Translations under genes and position numbers: made by a program | Shown here: piece by piece, positions 54,456 through 63,913 of the stretch | How the letters are laid out: each line of letters starts with the position of its first letter | Position numbering within the stretch: the first letter of the stretch is position 1 | The notes under the pieces: model-generated | Databases searched by the model: none | Told to the model about the DNA's origin: nothing | The model's input: only the letters and a program-made list of their open reading frames with translations | Origin: Burkholderiaceae bacterium | GTDB taxonomy: Bacteria > Pseudomonadota > Gammaproteobacteria > Burkholderiales > Burkholderiaceae_E | Direction: 5' to 3' | DNA: 64,000 nt | Assembly (NCBI GenBank): GCA_050187175.1 | Contig: JBFWXS010000002.1 | Location: 7,602 to 71,601 of the forward strand

Positions 54456-55442
54456 TCACTCGAGCTTGGCGCCGGACAGCTTGACCAGCGCTGCGCCGTT
54501 CTTCCGGTCCTGCACCAGGTATCGGCTGAACTCGTCGGGCCGGCTGGCCACCAGCTCCACCGCCATCGGCTTCAGCACTTTGTCCTGGAACTCTCTGGAG
54601 TTCATGATCCCGCGGAACACGTCGGCCAGCGCCGTGACGATGTGGTCGGGCGTACCCGCGGGCGCTGCCACGCCGTGCCAGGTGCGTACGGCGAACTTCG
54701 GCAGCCCCACTTCCTCGAACGAGGGCACGCCGGGCAATACGGGGTTGCGCTTGTCTCCGGGAACGAGCAGCGCCTTGACCTTGCCGCTCTCGATCATGTT
54801 CAGGATTCCGGGATTGCCGACGCTCACATACACGAGATCGATCTGCCCGCTCTGCAGGGCCAGCAGGGCCGGCGGGCTGCCGGCATACGGGACGTGCGTG
54901 ATATCGAGCCCGCCCTCGTGCTTGAGCCATTCGAATGCGAGATGAGGCGTCCCTCCGACGCCGAAGGATGCGTAGTTCAGCGTTCCCGGATGGGCCTTGG
55001 AATAGGCGACCAGCTCGCGATAGTTGTTGACCGGCAGCTTGGGATTCATCAGCACCACTTCCGGCGCGAAGATCAACTGCGTGACCGGCTTCAGATCGCG
55101 CTCCGCGTCGAACGGCAGCTGCTTGTAGAGGTACGGGATCAGCGAGATGCTGGAAGTGATGACGCACAGCGTGTAGCCGTCCGGCGGAGACTTCGCGCAG
55201 AGGTCGGTGCTGATCACGGAGTTCGCGCCCGGCTTGTTCTGGACCAGCAGCGGCTGACCGGTCTTGTCGGCGAACTCCTTGGCGAGCGCGCGCGCCAGAA
55301 CGTCGATGCCGGAGCCGGCGGGCAGCGGCAGCAGCAGCTTGACCGGCCGGGCGGGATAGCGTTCCGCGGCGGTCTGGGCCTGTGCCGCGGCCATGGCGCA
55401 GACGCACAGCGAAGCAAGCGCGATTTTTCTGAGTAGCTGCAT
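54456..55442 (-). CDS. Bug/TctC substrate-binding protein
   Basis: Sec signal (AAAQA), YPARPVK, NKPGA, PDGYTL, HVPYAG. Confidence 0.92.
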   Translation of the reverse strand: MQLLRKIALASLCVCAMAAAQAQTAAERYPARPVKLLLPLPAGSGIDVLARALAKEFADKTGQPLLVQNKPGANSVISTDLCAKSPPDGYTLCVITSSISLIPYLYKQLPFDAERDLKPVTQLIFAPEVVLMNPKLPVNNYRELVAYSKAHPGTLNYASFGVGGTPHLAFEWLKHEGGLDITHVPYAGSPPALLALQSGQIDLVYVSVGNPGILNMIESGKVKALLVPGDKRNPVLPGVPSFEEVGLPKFAVRTWHGVAAPAGTPDHIVTALADVFRGIMNSREFQDKVLKPMAVELVASRPDEFSRYLVQDRKNGAALVKLSGAKLE

Positions 55443-55581
55443 GTCACCTCCGGTGTTTCTTGATGGCGCGAATGCTAAACAACACGGCAATGCACCGGAA
55501 GATGTCAGATTGGCTTGATTCGATGGGTGCTGGTTATCATGGGGTAAACCCGCGATTCCGGGCCGCGGCTATACTGCCTCG

Positions 55582-56523
55582 ATGAAGCTTCACCAGCTGC
55601 GCGACTTCGTCACCGTATCCGAAATGGGCAGCGTGCACGCCGCCGCGCGCAAGCTGGGCATCACCCAGCCGGCCGTGTCCAAGAGCATCCGGCAGCTCGA
55701 AGCCGAGCTGGGAATGCCGCTGTTCGATCGCAGCGCCAAAGGCGCGGTGCTCAATGCGTTCGGCCGCGCTTTCCTCGCGCGGGCGCAGCTCGCGGTGCAT
55801 GAGCTGCAGAGAGGCAAGGACCAGTTGACGCTGATGAGCGGGCAAGAGGCTACCGGCACGGTCGCCTTCAGCGTGTTCGGCAGTCCGGCGCTGGTTCTGG
55901 TGCCCGGCGCATTGGCCTACTTCCGTCAGCGCTTTCCGAATGCGCAGGTGCGAATCGTCGAGGGCAGCGGTGCCGTCGCTAGATCGGGCCTCAATGACGG
56001 CAGCCTGGATTTCTCGCTGCTGCCGCTACCCTTCGAAGATCCGGGCGGCGACTTCGTCGTCCAGCATCTGTACGCCAATCACCGCGTCGTGGTTGCCCGC
56101 AAAGGCCATCCGCTCGAATCCGCTACCTCGCTGTCGCAACTGACCGGGGCCGAATGGGTGACGACGGGCGCCACGGGTACGCGCGAAGCCGAGTTCGAGC
56201 TGCCGTTCGAGCGGCACGGGCTGGCCGTGCCCAAGGCGCCGACGAGGTGCGAGTCGCTGATCGCCTTGCTGGCGCTGCTGGTGGGCAGCGACCTGATCAC
56301 TTTTCTTCCGCCGCAATGGGTCGAGGCGCCCGCCACCCGCGGCGTGCTGTCCCACATCCGCGTCCGCGAGTCGATCACCGGTCCGTCGCTGGGACTGGTC
56401 CGGCGCAAGGGTCTGCCGTTGACGACGCTATCCGAGTTCATGGGCTCGGCGATCGCGCGCGAGGTGCTTCACTATGCCGGCGACGAGGCGAGGGAGCTGC
56501 GCGCCTTCGCGCCGAGCGCATGA
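55582..56523 (+). CDS. LysR family regulator (paralog of 21551-22501)
   Basis: MKLHQLRDF..GSVHAAARKLGITQPAVSKSIRQLE, CESLIAL. Confidence 0.93.
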   Translation: MKLHQLRDFVTVSEMGSVHAAARKLGITQPAVSKSIRQLEAELGMPLFDRSAKGAVLNAFGRAFLARAQLAVHELQRGKDQLTLMSGQEATGTVAFSVFGSPALVLVPGALAYFRQRFPNAQVRIVEGSGAVARSGLNDGSLDFSLLPLPFEDPGGDFVVQHLYANHRVVVARKGHPLESATSLSQLTGAEWVTTGATGTREAEFELPFERHGLAVPKAPTRCESLIALLALLVGSDLITFLPPQWVEAPATRGVLSHIRVRESITGPSLGLVRRKGLPLTTLSEFMGSAIAREVLHYAGDEARELRAFAPSA

Positions 56524-56577
56524 CAGGCAGGCGGCAAGGGGCTGCATCGCACGGCGCTGTTCCGGCGCCGGCGGCCG

Positions 56578-57354
56578 TCATTCGTGCGTGATCGGCAGTC
56601 TCTTGCGGCGGGGCCTGGCGGCAGCGCTGTGGCTCGGGCCGTGCCTGATGATGATCTCCGTCGTCAGACGGATGTGCGCGTTCATCAGCTGCGTCAGGCG
56701 TTCGCCGTCGCGCGCGACGGCTGCCTCGAGCATCTCGCGGTGCTCGGCGCCGACCTTGCGGTCGGCCTCGGTCGGTGCCGCCGAGATGTACTGGTTCTTG
56801 TAGAACTGCGCGTAGTCGAACAGATCGGCGTGGAACTCGCGCATCCAGTGTGACGGGCAGCCGGCGACCAGCGCCAGGTGGAAGGCGCGGTGCAGTCCCT
56901 CCCACTCCGGATTCAGGCGATTCGTGCCGTCCAGATTGCGGTCGGCCTTGAACAGCCGGTGCGCGGCCAGGACCAGCGCCTCCTCCCAGGCATCGCCGCC
57001 GACCCTGAGCGTCTCGCGCACCATGAGCTCATGCACCCAGCAGCGGGTCTCGGTCAGCTCGCGCAGTTCATCGACGCTGAGCGTGGGAACGAAGAAGCCC
57101 TTCTGCTCGGCATGATCGATCAGACCGTCGGACACCAGCCGGTTCAGCGCCTCGCGTATCGGTATGGCGCTTACGCCATACCGGGTGCGCAACTGATCGA
57201 TCGACAGCTTCGATTCCGGCGGGAAGCTGCCGAACAGGATGTCGCGGCGCAGCTGCTGATAGACGAGTGACGTATTGGTCGGGGTGCCGGCGCTCGTCGC
57301 AGCAGAGGTCGTGTTGCCGGGTGCGGGCCGCGGCCGGCTGCCGTCGTGGACCAT
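56578..57354 (-). CDS. GntR family regulator with FCD domain
   Basis: VYQQLRRDILFG..P..KL, YGVSAIPIREALNRLVSDGL, HRAFHLAL, EHREM. Confidence 0.92.
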   Translation of the reverse strand: MVHDGSRPRPAPGNTTSAATSAGTPTNTSLVYQQLRRDILFGSFPPESKLSIDQLRTRYGVSAIPIREALNRLVSDGLIDHAEQKGFFVPTLSVDELRELTETRCWVHELMVRETLRVGGDAWEEALVLAAHRLFKADRNLDGTNRLNPEWEGLHRAFHLALVAGCPSHWMREFHADLFDYAQFYKNQYISAAPTEADRKVGAEHREMLEAAVARDGERLTQLMNAHIRLTTEIIIRHGPSHSAAARPRRKRLPITHE

Positions 57355-57404
57355 GACTTCCTGGGGAATCGATGATGACGAAGCCGAATATGCCACAGCT
57401 CGTT

Positions 57405-57460
57405 TTGTCGTTATAAAATATATTAATTGCAGATTTTTGTGTTTTATATATTATTCCTAC
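57405..57460. promoter_or_regulatory. AT-rich divergent promoter/putative GntR operator
   Basis: ttataaaatatattaattgcagatttttgtgttttatatattatt with two ATATATTA boxes in an otherwise very GC-rich context. Confidence 0.5.
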
Positions 57461-57482
57461 GAAATCGCGATGGAGGAGCCCA

Positions 57483-59153
57483 ATGCAGCAGGCGGACGAC
57501 AGCAGCGCCGAGGTCCTGGTGATCGGTGCGGGGCCGGTGGGGCTCTGCCTGGCGCTCGAGCTCGGCCTGCGTGGCCGGCGCGTGCTGGTGATCGAACAGA
57601 GCGACCGCGCGGGCAGGCAGCCGCGGGCCAAGAGCACCAACCTGCGGTCGATGACGCACATGCGGCGCTGGGGGCTCGCCGACAGGCTGCGGGAGGCCAG
57701 TCCCTTGCCCCCCGACTATCCGACCGACATCGTGTTCGCCACGCGCCTGTTCGGCCGGCCGCTGGCGCGGTTCGCCGATGCCTTCTTCGGATATCGCGCG
57801 AGGCATCCGCACATGCCGGAGCCGGGCCTGTGGGTGCCGCAGTACACCGTCGAAGGCGTGGTCCGCGAGCGGCTGCAGCAGTTGCCGAACGTGCGCCTGC
57901 GTTTCGGTACCCGGCTCGAACGAATCGAGCAGGACGATCGCGGCGTGACGGCCCATGCCACCGATACCGCAACGGGCCGGCAGGTCGAGATGCAGGCGCA
58001 ATACGCCGTCGGCGCCGACGGGGGGCGCGGCGTGACGCGGCGGCTGCTCGGCATCGACTACGAAGGCGAGCACGCTTACATGGCCAACTTTCTGGCCATC
58101 TATCGTGCGCCGGGATTGCTCGAATCGCACCCTCTGCCCAAGGCAGTCTCCTACTGGCTGGTCAACGCGGACAGTCCCGCGGTGACCGGTCCGATGGATC
58201 GCGGCGACACCTGGTTCTATTCCACGCAGCTGCGTGAAGGCGACGAATCGTACTCGCGGCCGGAGGCGCGCCAGAAGATCCTGCGGTCGCTCGGGCATGC
58301 CGTGGACATCGAGATTCTCGAGACCGACGTCTGGTACGCGCACAAGCTGATCGCGAACCGGTACCGCGAGCGGCGCGTCTTCCTGGCCGGCGATGCCTGC
58401 CACCTGCATCCGCCGATGGGTGGCTATGGAATGAACCAAGGGATAGGCGACGCTGTCGATCTCGGCTGGAAGCTGGCTGCCGTCCTCCACGGCTGGGCGG
58501 CTCCGGCGCTGCTCGACAGCTATGAAGTCGAGCGCAAGCCCGTGCACCGCATGTTCGTCGAAGAGGCTGCGCACAACTATTCGTTCGTGACGCATCACAT
58601 GGTGAAGGAGCTGCTCGAAGCCGACAGCGCCGAGGGCGAGACGGTGCGCCGGGAAGTGGGCGAGCGCATTCTGCAGACCAAGGAGCGCGAGTTCCGGCCG
58701 CTCGGCGCCATCCTCGGCTACACCTATGCCGGGTCGCCGATGGTCATCGCCGACGGCAGTGCCGCGCCTCGCTTCGATGCGATCGACTACGTCCCCAGTG
58801 CGCGGCCGGGAGCCATCGCGCCGCACCTCTGGCTCGCCGACGGCTCATCGCTGTACGACCATTTCGGGCCCGATCTGACGCTGCTGGACTTCGGCGCTGT
58901 GCCTGCGGAAGCCGAGCGCCTGCTCGGAGCGGCTGCGGCCCTGGGCATCCCGCTTCGCCGCGTGGCGGTTCCGGAACCGGCGGCGGAATCGCTGTACGAC
59001 GCACGGCTGGTTCTGGTGCGTCCCGATCAGCACGTAGCCTGGAGAGCGCGCTCGCTCGACGCCGATCCTCTCGACCTCCTCGAGCGGATCGCCGGCCGGT
59101 CGGCGCAGCGGGGCGCCTCCCATTCCACCCGGCAGAAGGAGACGACACAATGA
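57483..59153 (+). CDS. FAD-dependent monooxygenase (third paralog of the 19776/50796 subfamily)
   Basis: GAGPVG, PRAKSTNLR, RRWGLADRLREASP, GDACHLHPPMGGYGMNQG, VRPDQHVAWR. Confidence 0.93.
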   Translation: MQQADDSSAEVLVIGAGPVGLCLALELGLRGRRVLVIEQSDRAGRQPRAKSTNLRSMTHMRRWGLADRLREASPLPPDYPTDIVFATRLFGRPLARFADAFFGYRARHPHMPEPGLWVPQYTVEGVVRERLQQLPNVRLRFGTRLERIEQDDRGVTAHATDTATGRQVEMQAQYAVGADGGRGVTRRLLGIDYEGEHAYMANFLAIYRAPGLLESHPLPKAVSYWLVNADSPAVTGPMDRGDTWFYSTQLREGDESYSRPEARQKILRSLGHAVDIEILETDVWYAHKLIANRYRERRVFLAGDACHLHPPMGGYGMNQGIGDAVDLGWKLAAVLHGWAAPALLDSYEVERKPVHRMFVEEAAHNYSFVTHHMVKELLEADSAEGETVRREVGERILQTKEREFRPLGAILGYTYAGSPMVIADGSAAPRFDAIDYVPSARPGAIAPHLWLADGSSLYDHFGPDLTLLDFGAVPAEAERLLGAAAALGIPLRRVAVPEPAAESLYDARLVLVRPDQHVAWRARSLDADPLDLLERIAGRSAQRGASHSTRQKETTQ

Positions 59154-60139
59154 AGCTCATCTTGAACCGGCGCCGCACACTGGCGCTGCTCGCGGCAGCG
59201 CCCGCCCTCGCGGTTCCCGGCGTGCGCATTCGTGCGCAGGAACTGAAGGGGCCGATCAGAATCATCGTCGGTTATCCGCCCGGCGGCACCGTCGACCAGA
59301 TCGCGCGCCTGTACGGTGATGAACTGCGCCAGTCGCTCGGCGTCGCGGTGGTCGTGGAGAACAGGACGGGTGCCGGGGGCCAGCTCGCTGCGGACATGCT
59401 GCGCAGCCAGCCGGCGGACGGCAGCACCTTGCTGGTTGCCAACAATCACATGATGTCGACGCTGCCATTGACCACGCCGGCAATCAAATACGATCCGGTG
59501 GCCGACTTCGAGCCGGTGTCGATGCTGGCGATCTTCGAGGTGGTGCTCGCGGTGTCCTCGGCGCTTGGCGCGACGCGCTTCGCCGAGTACGTCGAGCTGG
59601 TGCGGCGGCAGCCGCAGCGCGGCGCTTACGGCATCCCGGCGCCGGGCAGCCTGCCGCAGTTCATCGGCTACTCGATCGGTCAGAAGGAGAAGCTTGCGAT
59701 GTCGTCGGTGCCGTATCGCGGCGCCGCTCCGCTGGTCGTCGATCTCCTGGGCGGCCAGATCCCGGCCGGCATCCTCACCTATGCCAATGACCTGCTGGAG
59801 CATCATCGCAATGGTCGTCTGCGCATCCTGGCCACCAGCGGCGCGCGGCGGTTGACTGCGCTGCCTAGCGTGCCGACCTTCACCGAGCTCGGCTATCCCG
59901 GGGTCAGCCGGTCGATCTGGATGGGGCTGTTCGCGCCCAAGGGCACGCCGCGCGCCGCCGTCGAACGGCTGAACAAGCTGGTCATCGACGCGGCGGCCAG
60001 GCCTGCGCTGGCCGAGGCGGCGAACCGCCTCGGACTGACGGCGGCGACCAGCAGCGCCGATGCGCTCCGGCAGTCGATACGCGAGGAGATCGCGGTCTGG
60101 GCGCCGGTGGTCAAGGCGTCCGGCTATACCGCGGATTGA
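59150..60139 (+). CDS. Bug/TctC substrate-binding protein
   Basis: NRRRTL Tat-like leader, GYPPGGTVD, ENRTGAGG, VPYRG. Confidence 0.92.
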   Translation: MKLILNRRRTLALLAAAPALAVPGVRIRAQELKGPIRIIVGYPPGGTVDQIARLYGDELRQSLGVAVVVENRTGAGGQLAADMLRSQPADGSTLLVANNHMMSTLPLTTPAIKYDPVADFEPVSMLAIFEVVLAVSSALGATRFAEYVELVRRQPQRGAYGIPAPGSLPQFIGYSIGQKEKLAMSSVPYRGAAPLVVDLLGGQIPAGILTYANDLLEHHRNGRLRILATSGARRLTALPSVPTFTELGYPGVSRSIWMGLFAPKGTPRAAVERLNKLVIDAAARPALAEAANRLGLTAATSSADALRQSIREEIAVWAPVVKASGYTAD

Positions 60140-60164
60140 TGCGACCCGCCAACGGAATCGAGAG

Positions 60165-61049
60165 ATGAGCGAACGAGAGCCCTTCGTGCGCACGACGCGC
60201 GCGCCCGATCCCGCCGTCCCCGCCGGAGCATGGGACTGCCAGCTGCACATCTATGGCGATCCCGCGCGCTTTCCGCCGCGCCGCCAGTCCGCCTATAGTC
60301 CGTTGAAAGCCTGGTTCGACGATGCGCACCTCAAGTCGAAGGCCCTCGGCATGAGCCACGTGTCCATCGTCCAGGCCACGTCGTACGGCATCGATCACAG
60401 CCTGCTGCTCGATGCGCTGGGACGCTGCCGCGACGGCGTGTACGACGGCATCCGCTATCACGGCGTGGCGATCGTCAATGACAGTCTGAGCGACCTGGAT
60501 CTGCGGCATCTGCATGAGGCCGGCGTGCGCGCGGCGCGCTTCAACTTCTGGAAGCGCCTGAACGTCGCGCCGACCTTGCCCGAGTTCCGCCGCTCGCTCG
60601 CGCGCATCGCGGAGCTCGGCTGGCACGCGCGTGTGCACGCCACGGCGGTGGAGCTGCTCGAACTGGGCGACGAGCTTGCCGCTACACCCGGCACGCTGGT
60701 CCTGGATCACATGGGGCACCTGAAGTGCGCCGAAGGCCTGGATCAACCCGCACGCAAGGTGATCAAGGAGCTGCTGGCGCGCGACAACTGGTGGATCATG
60801 CTATCGTCGGGCGAGCGTGACTCGGCCACCGATTTCCCGTGGGACGACGCAGTGCCGTTCGGGCAGTCCTACTATGCGCTGGCGCCCGAGCGCTGCGTCT
60901 GGGCGACCGACTGGCCGCACGCCGAGTATCCGAAGACGCCGATCAACGACGCGGACCTGGTGGAGCTGCTCTATCGCTATCTGCCGGACCGCGAGGCGGT
61001 GCACCGCGTGCTGGTCGACAACCCGGCCAGGCTGCACGGGTTGACGTGA
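60165..61049 (+). CDS. Amidohydrolase, LigI (2-pyrone-4,6-dicarboxylate lactonase)-like
   Basis: GAWDCQLHIYG, IVQATSYGIDHS.LLDAL, GVRAARFN, DHMG, WATDWPH, LVDNPARL. Confidence 0.85.
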   Translation: MSEREPFVRTTRAPDPAVPAGAWDCQLHIYGDPARFPPRRQSAYSPLKAWFDDAHLKSKALGMSHVSIVQATSYGIDHSLLLDALGRCRDGVYDGIRYHGVAIVNDSLSDLDLRHLHEAGVRAARFNFWKRLNVAPTLPEFRRSLARIAELGWHARVHATAVELLELGDELAATPGTLVLDHMGHLKCAEGLDQPARKVIKELLARDNWWIMLSSGERDSATDFPWDDAVPFGQSYYALAPERCVWATDWPHAEYPKTPINDADLVELLYRYLPDREAVHRVLVDNPARLHGLT

Positions 61050-61119
61050 TGCCTCGACGCAGGGAGACGCCGATGGGTATCATCGCATCGTCACGCAGCT
61101 AGCCGGGGAACAGTCATCC

Positions 61120-62112
61120 ATGTCCGACGCCACCGCATCGCGTTATCGCGGGCTTTGTCCGCTGTGCCTGGATTTCCACGCGCATTTCCTGCACCCTGAA
61201 GTATTCGAGCGCTCGGCGCCGCACAGCGTCGCCACCTGCTTCGGACAGCAGCCGCTGACCAGCACGGGCGAGCGCTTTCGCAAGCTGCTCGAACCCGATC
61301 GACAGATCGCCGACATGGACCGGCGAGGCATCGACCGGCAGGTGATCTCGTCGGCCGACGTGGTCCAGTCGCGCTCCTGGGCCGAGCCGGCCGAGGAAGC
61401 CCGCCTGGCCGCCCTGGTGAATGATCTGGCCGCTGACTGGGTGGGCCGCTTCCCGACGCGTTTCATCGGCAGCCAGGTACTGCCGCTGGGCGACATGGAG
61501 CTGGCGCTGCGCGAGCTGGAGCGCTGCCGCGCCATGGGGCTGCGCATCGTCAATCTTCCGAGCAACTACCGCGACCAGTATCTCGGCGATGCGCGCTATC
61601 GGGAGCTGTGGGCGGCCATCGCCGAGCATGAGCTGATCGCCTTCATTCATCCCGACGGCGTGCGCGATCCGTGGTTCCAGCAATACGCGATGTGGAACTC
61701 GATTGGACAGTCGATCGAGGAAGTCAAGGTCATGTCCTCGCTGATCTATGAAGGCGTCATGGAGCGCCACCGGGGCATCCGGATCGTCATGGCTCACGGC
61801 GGCGGCTACATGCCGTACTACATGGGCCGCCTCGATCGCAACGTCGAGTTCCGCCCGTCCACCGCGAAGAATCTGAGCAAGAAACCCAGTGAGTATCTGC
61901 GCGACTTCCACTACGACAGCTGCGTCTACGATCCGGCCACGCTGAAGATGCTGGTCGACCGGGTCGGCGCCGACCGTATCGTGCTCGGCGGGGACTATCC
62001 GTTCGCCGATGTCGATCCGGTCGACTTCGTCGCTTCGGCGCCGGGACTGGATCTGCAGCAGCAGGCCGCGATCGTCGGCGGAACAGCCGCGCGGCTACTG
62101 GGAATCGGCTAG
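61120..62112 (+). CDS. Amidohydrolase_2, ACMSD-like decarboxylase/hydratase
   Basis: DFHAH, FIHP, AHGGG..PY..GRLD, GADRIVLGGDYPF. Confidence 0.88.
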   Translation: MSDATASRYRGLCPLCLDFHAHFLHPEVFERSAPHSVATCFGQQPLTSTGERFRKLLEPDRQIADMDRRGIDRQVISSADVVQSRSWAEPAEEARLAALVNDLAADWVGRFPTRFIGSQVLPLGDMELALRELERCRAMGLRIVNLPSNYRDQYLGDARYRELWAAIAEHELIAFIHPDGVRDPWFQQYAMWNSIGQSIEEVKVMSSLIYEGVMERHRGIRIVMAHGGGYMPYYMGRLDRNVEFRPSTAKNLSKKPSEYLRDFHYDSCVYDPATLKMLVDRVGADRIVLGGDYPFADVDPVDFVASAPGLDLQQQAAIVGGTAARLLGIG

Positions 62113-62823
62113 CCGCGCCGGCCGCTTGATCGCCTGGCCGACGAACCTGGCGACGTCGGCGCAGATCGCGTGCGCGGCCGCTTCGGCGGCCTTGTCATCC
62201 CGCTTGCGGACGGCGGTCGCCACGTTCGACCAGTTCTTCGCAGACTCGGCGCGACGCTGGGCAGTCAGATGAATGCCGCCGCGCTGCGCGACGGCCGTGG
62301 TCCAGATCGAGATGCTGGACAGCTGCTCGTACATTTCCGCCAGCCAGCGGCTTCTGGCAAGCGACAGCAGCCGCCTCTGGGCCTCCCATGCCAGCTCGCC
62401 GAACTGCTCCGGCGTCGTCGACGCCTGCTTCGCGGTGGCGGTCATTCGCTTGACCAGCTCGAAGAACGCATCCAGCTCGTCCGCGGTCTCGCTGCGTCCG
62501 GCGCGCTTGATGGCCAGCGCCAGCAGCACGGTGCGCATGTCGGCGATCGCCTGCACTTCCTCCCATGAGATCTCTATGACCTGGGCGCCAAGCCGAGGGG
62601 TGCGCTCGATCAGGCGGACCCGTTCGACCTGTCCCAGCGCTTCGCGGACCACCGAGCGGCTGACCTTGTGCTCGTCGGCCAGCGCCGTTTCGGTCAGCCG
62701 CGCCCCCGGGGGCAGGGCGCCGCTGAGGATTGCGTGAATGATGCGTTCGGCCACCAGCGACGGCAGCGAGCGGGCCAGGCTGCCCACCGGTGCGACGTGC
62801 TGTGCTGTCTGCGGTCTGTCCAT
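62095..62823 (-). CDS. GntR family transcriptional regulator
   Basis: IIHAILSGALPPGARLTETALADEHKVSRSVVREAL. Confidence 0.9.
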   Translation of the reverse strand: MDRPQTAQHVAPVGSLARSLPSLVAERIIHAILSGALPPGARLTETALADEHKVSRSVVREALGQVERVRLIERTPRLGAQVIEISWEEVQAIADMRTVLLALAIKRAGRSETADELDAFFELVKRMTATAKQASTTPEQFGELAWEAQRRLLSLARSRWLAEMYEQLSSISIWTTAVAQRGGIHLTAQRRAESAKNWSNVATAVRKRDDKAAEAAAHAICADVARFVGQAIKRPARLADSQ

Positions 62824-62872
62824 GATTCGAATGCCGGCAAACCCGAATACTAGCAGCGGCAGCCGGATCTTC

Positions 62873-62892
62873 GTCCATTGTCGACAATGGAC
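62873..62892. promoter_or_regulatory. Perfect 20-bp palindrome, probable GntR operator
   Basis: GTCCATTGTCGACAATGGAC between divergent gntR and bug. Confidence 0.75.
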
Positions 62893-62939
62893 ATAACTGG
62901 CAGAATCGGTCACCCGACCCACGAACGACAGGGGATCCC

Positions 62940-63911
62940 ATGAGACTCCATCGAGTGCTGGCATTGCTGGCAGGCCTGATGTGCGCCCACGCATTGACGG
63001 CGGCTGCCCAGACGTTTCCGACCAAGCCGCTTCGCATCGTCGTGCCGTTCGCGCCCGGCGGCCCTGCCGACGCTTCGGCGAGGCGGCTGGCGCAGGCGCT
63101 GACGCCGCGGCTCGGCCAGCAGGTGATCATCGAGAATCGGGCCGGCGGCGGAGGCGTCATTGCCGCCAATGCGGTGCTGGGGTCGGCGCCGGACGGCTAC
63201 ACGCTGCTGTTCGGCGCAGTGTCGGGGCTGGCCTTCACCGGCAAGATCAATCCTACGATCACCTACGATCCGCTCGGCGACTTCACGCCGATCAGCCTGA
63301 CGCACGTCGTGCCCTTGTTCTTCATCGTGCATGCCGATACGCCGGCGAGCAGTCTGAGCGAGTTCATCGCGTACGCCAAGGCGCGTCCGCGGCAGCTCAC
63401 GTTCGGTTCGGCCGGCAACGGCACCTCGTCCCACCTGTGCCTGGAAGCCTTGAAAAGCGCTGCCGGCATCGATATGACGCACGTTCCGTATCGCGGCTCC
63501 AGCCTGGCGATGGCCGATCTGCTCGCCAAGCGCATCGACATCATGTGCGATCCCTACCAGGCGCATCGTGCACACGTCGAGGCGGGCACGCTGCGGGTAC
63601 TCGCGGTGGCCAGCGCGCGTCCGTCGGAGGTCCTGCCCAGTGCGCCGCCGGCATCGGGCGCCGGCCTGCCGGGCTTCGACATCTCCACCTGGTTCGCGCT
63701 GATGGCGCCCCGCGGTACGCCGCTGGAGGTGCGCAACCGGATCGCCGCGGACATCGCCGCGGTGCAGAAGTCCGACGAGATGCGTGCCTGGGGACGATCG
63801 CTCGGGCTGGAGGCCGTGTCGAGCACGCCTGACGAGCTGACCGCCTTCCTCAAGGCGGAAGCGGCCAAATGGGAGAAGATCGTCACCGACGCCCGCGTCG
63901 ACCTGAAGTAG
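62940..63911 (+). CDS. Bug/TctC substrate-binding protein
   Basis: Sec signal, FPTKPLRIVVPFAPGGPAD, ENRAGGGG, FGSAGNG, HVPYRG. Confidence 0.92.
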   Translation: MRLHRVLALLAGLMCAHALTAAAQTFPTKPLRIVVPFAPGGPADASARRLAQALTPRLGQQVIIENRAGGGGVIAANAVLGSAPDGYTLLFGAVSGLAFTGKINPTITYDPLGDFTPISLTHVVPLFFIVHADTPASSLSEFIAYAKARPRQLTFGSAGNGTSSHLCLEALKSAAGIDMTHVPYRGSSLAMADLLAKRIDIMCDPYQAHRAHVEAGTLRVLAVASARPSEVLPSAPPASGAGLPGFDISTWFALMAPRGTPLEVRNRIAADIAAVQKSDEMRAWGRSLGLEAVSSTPDELTAFLKAEAAKWEKIVTDARVDLK

Positions 63912-63913
63912 GC

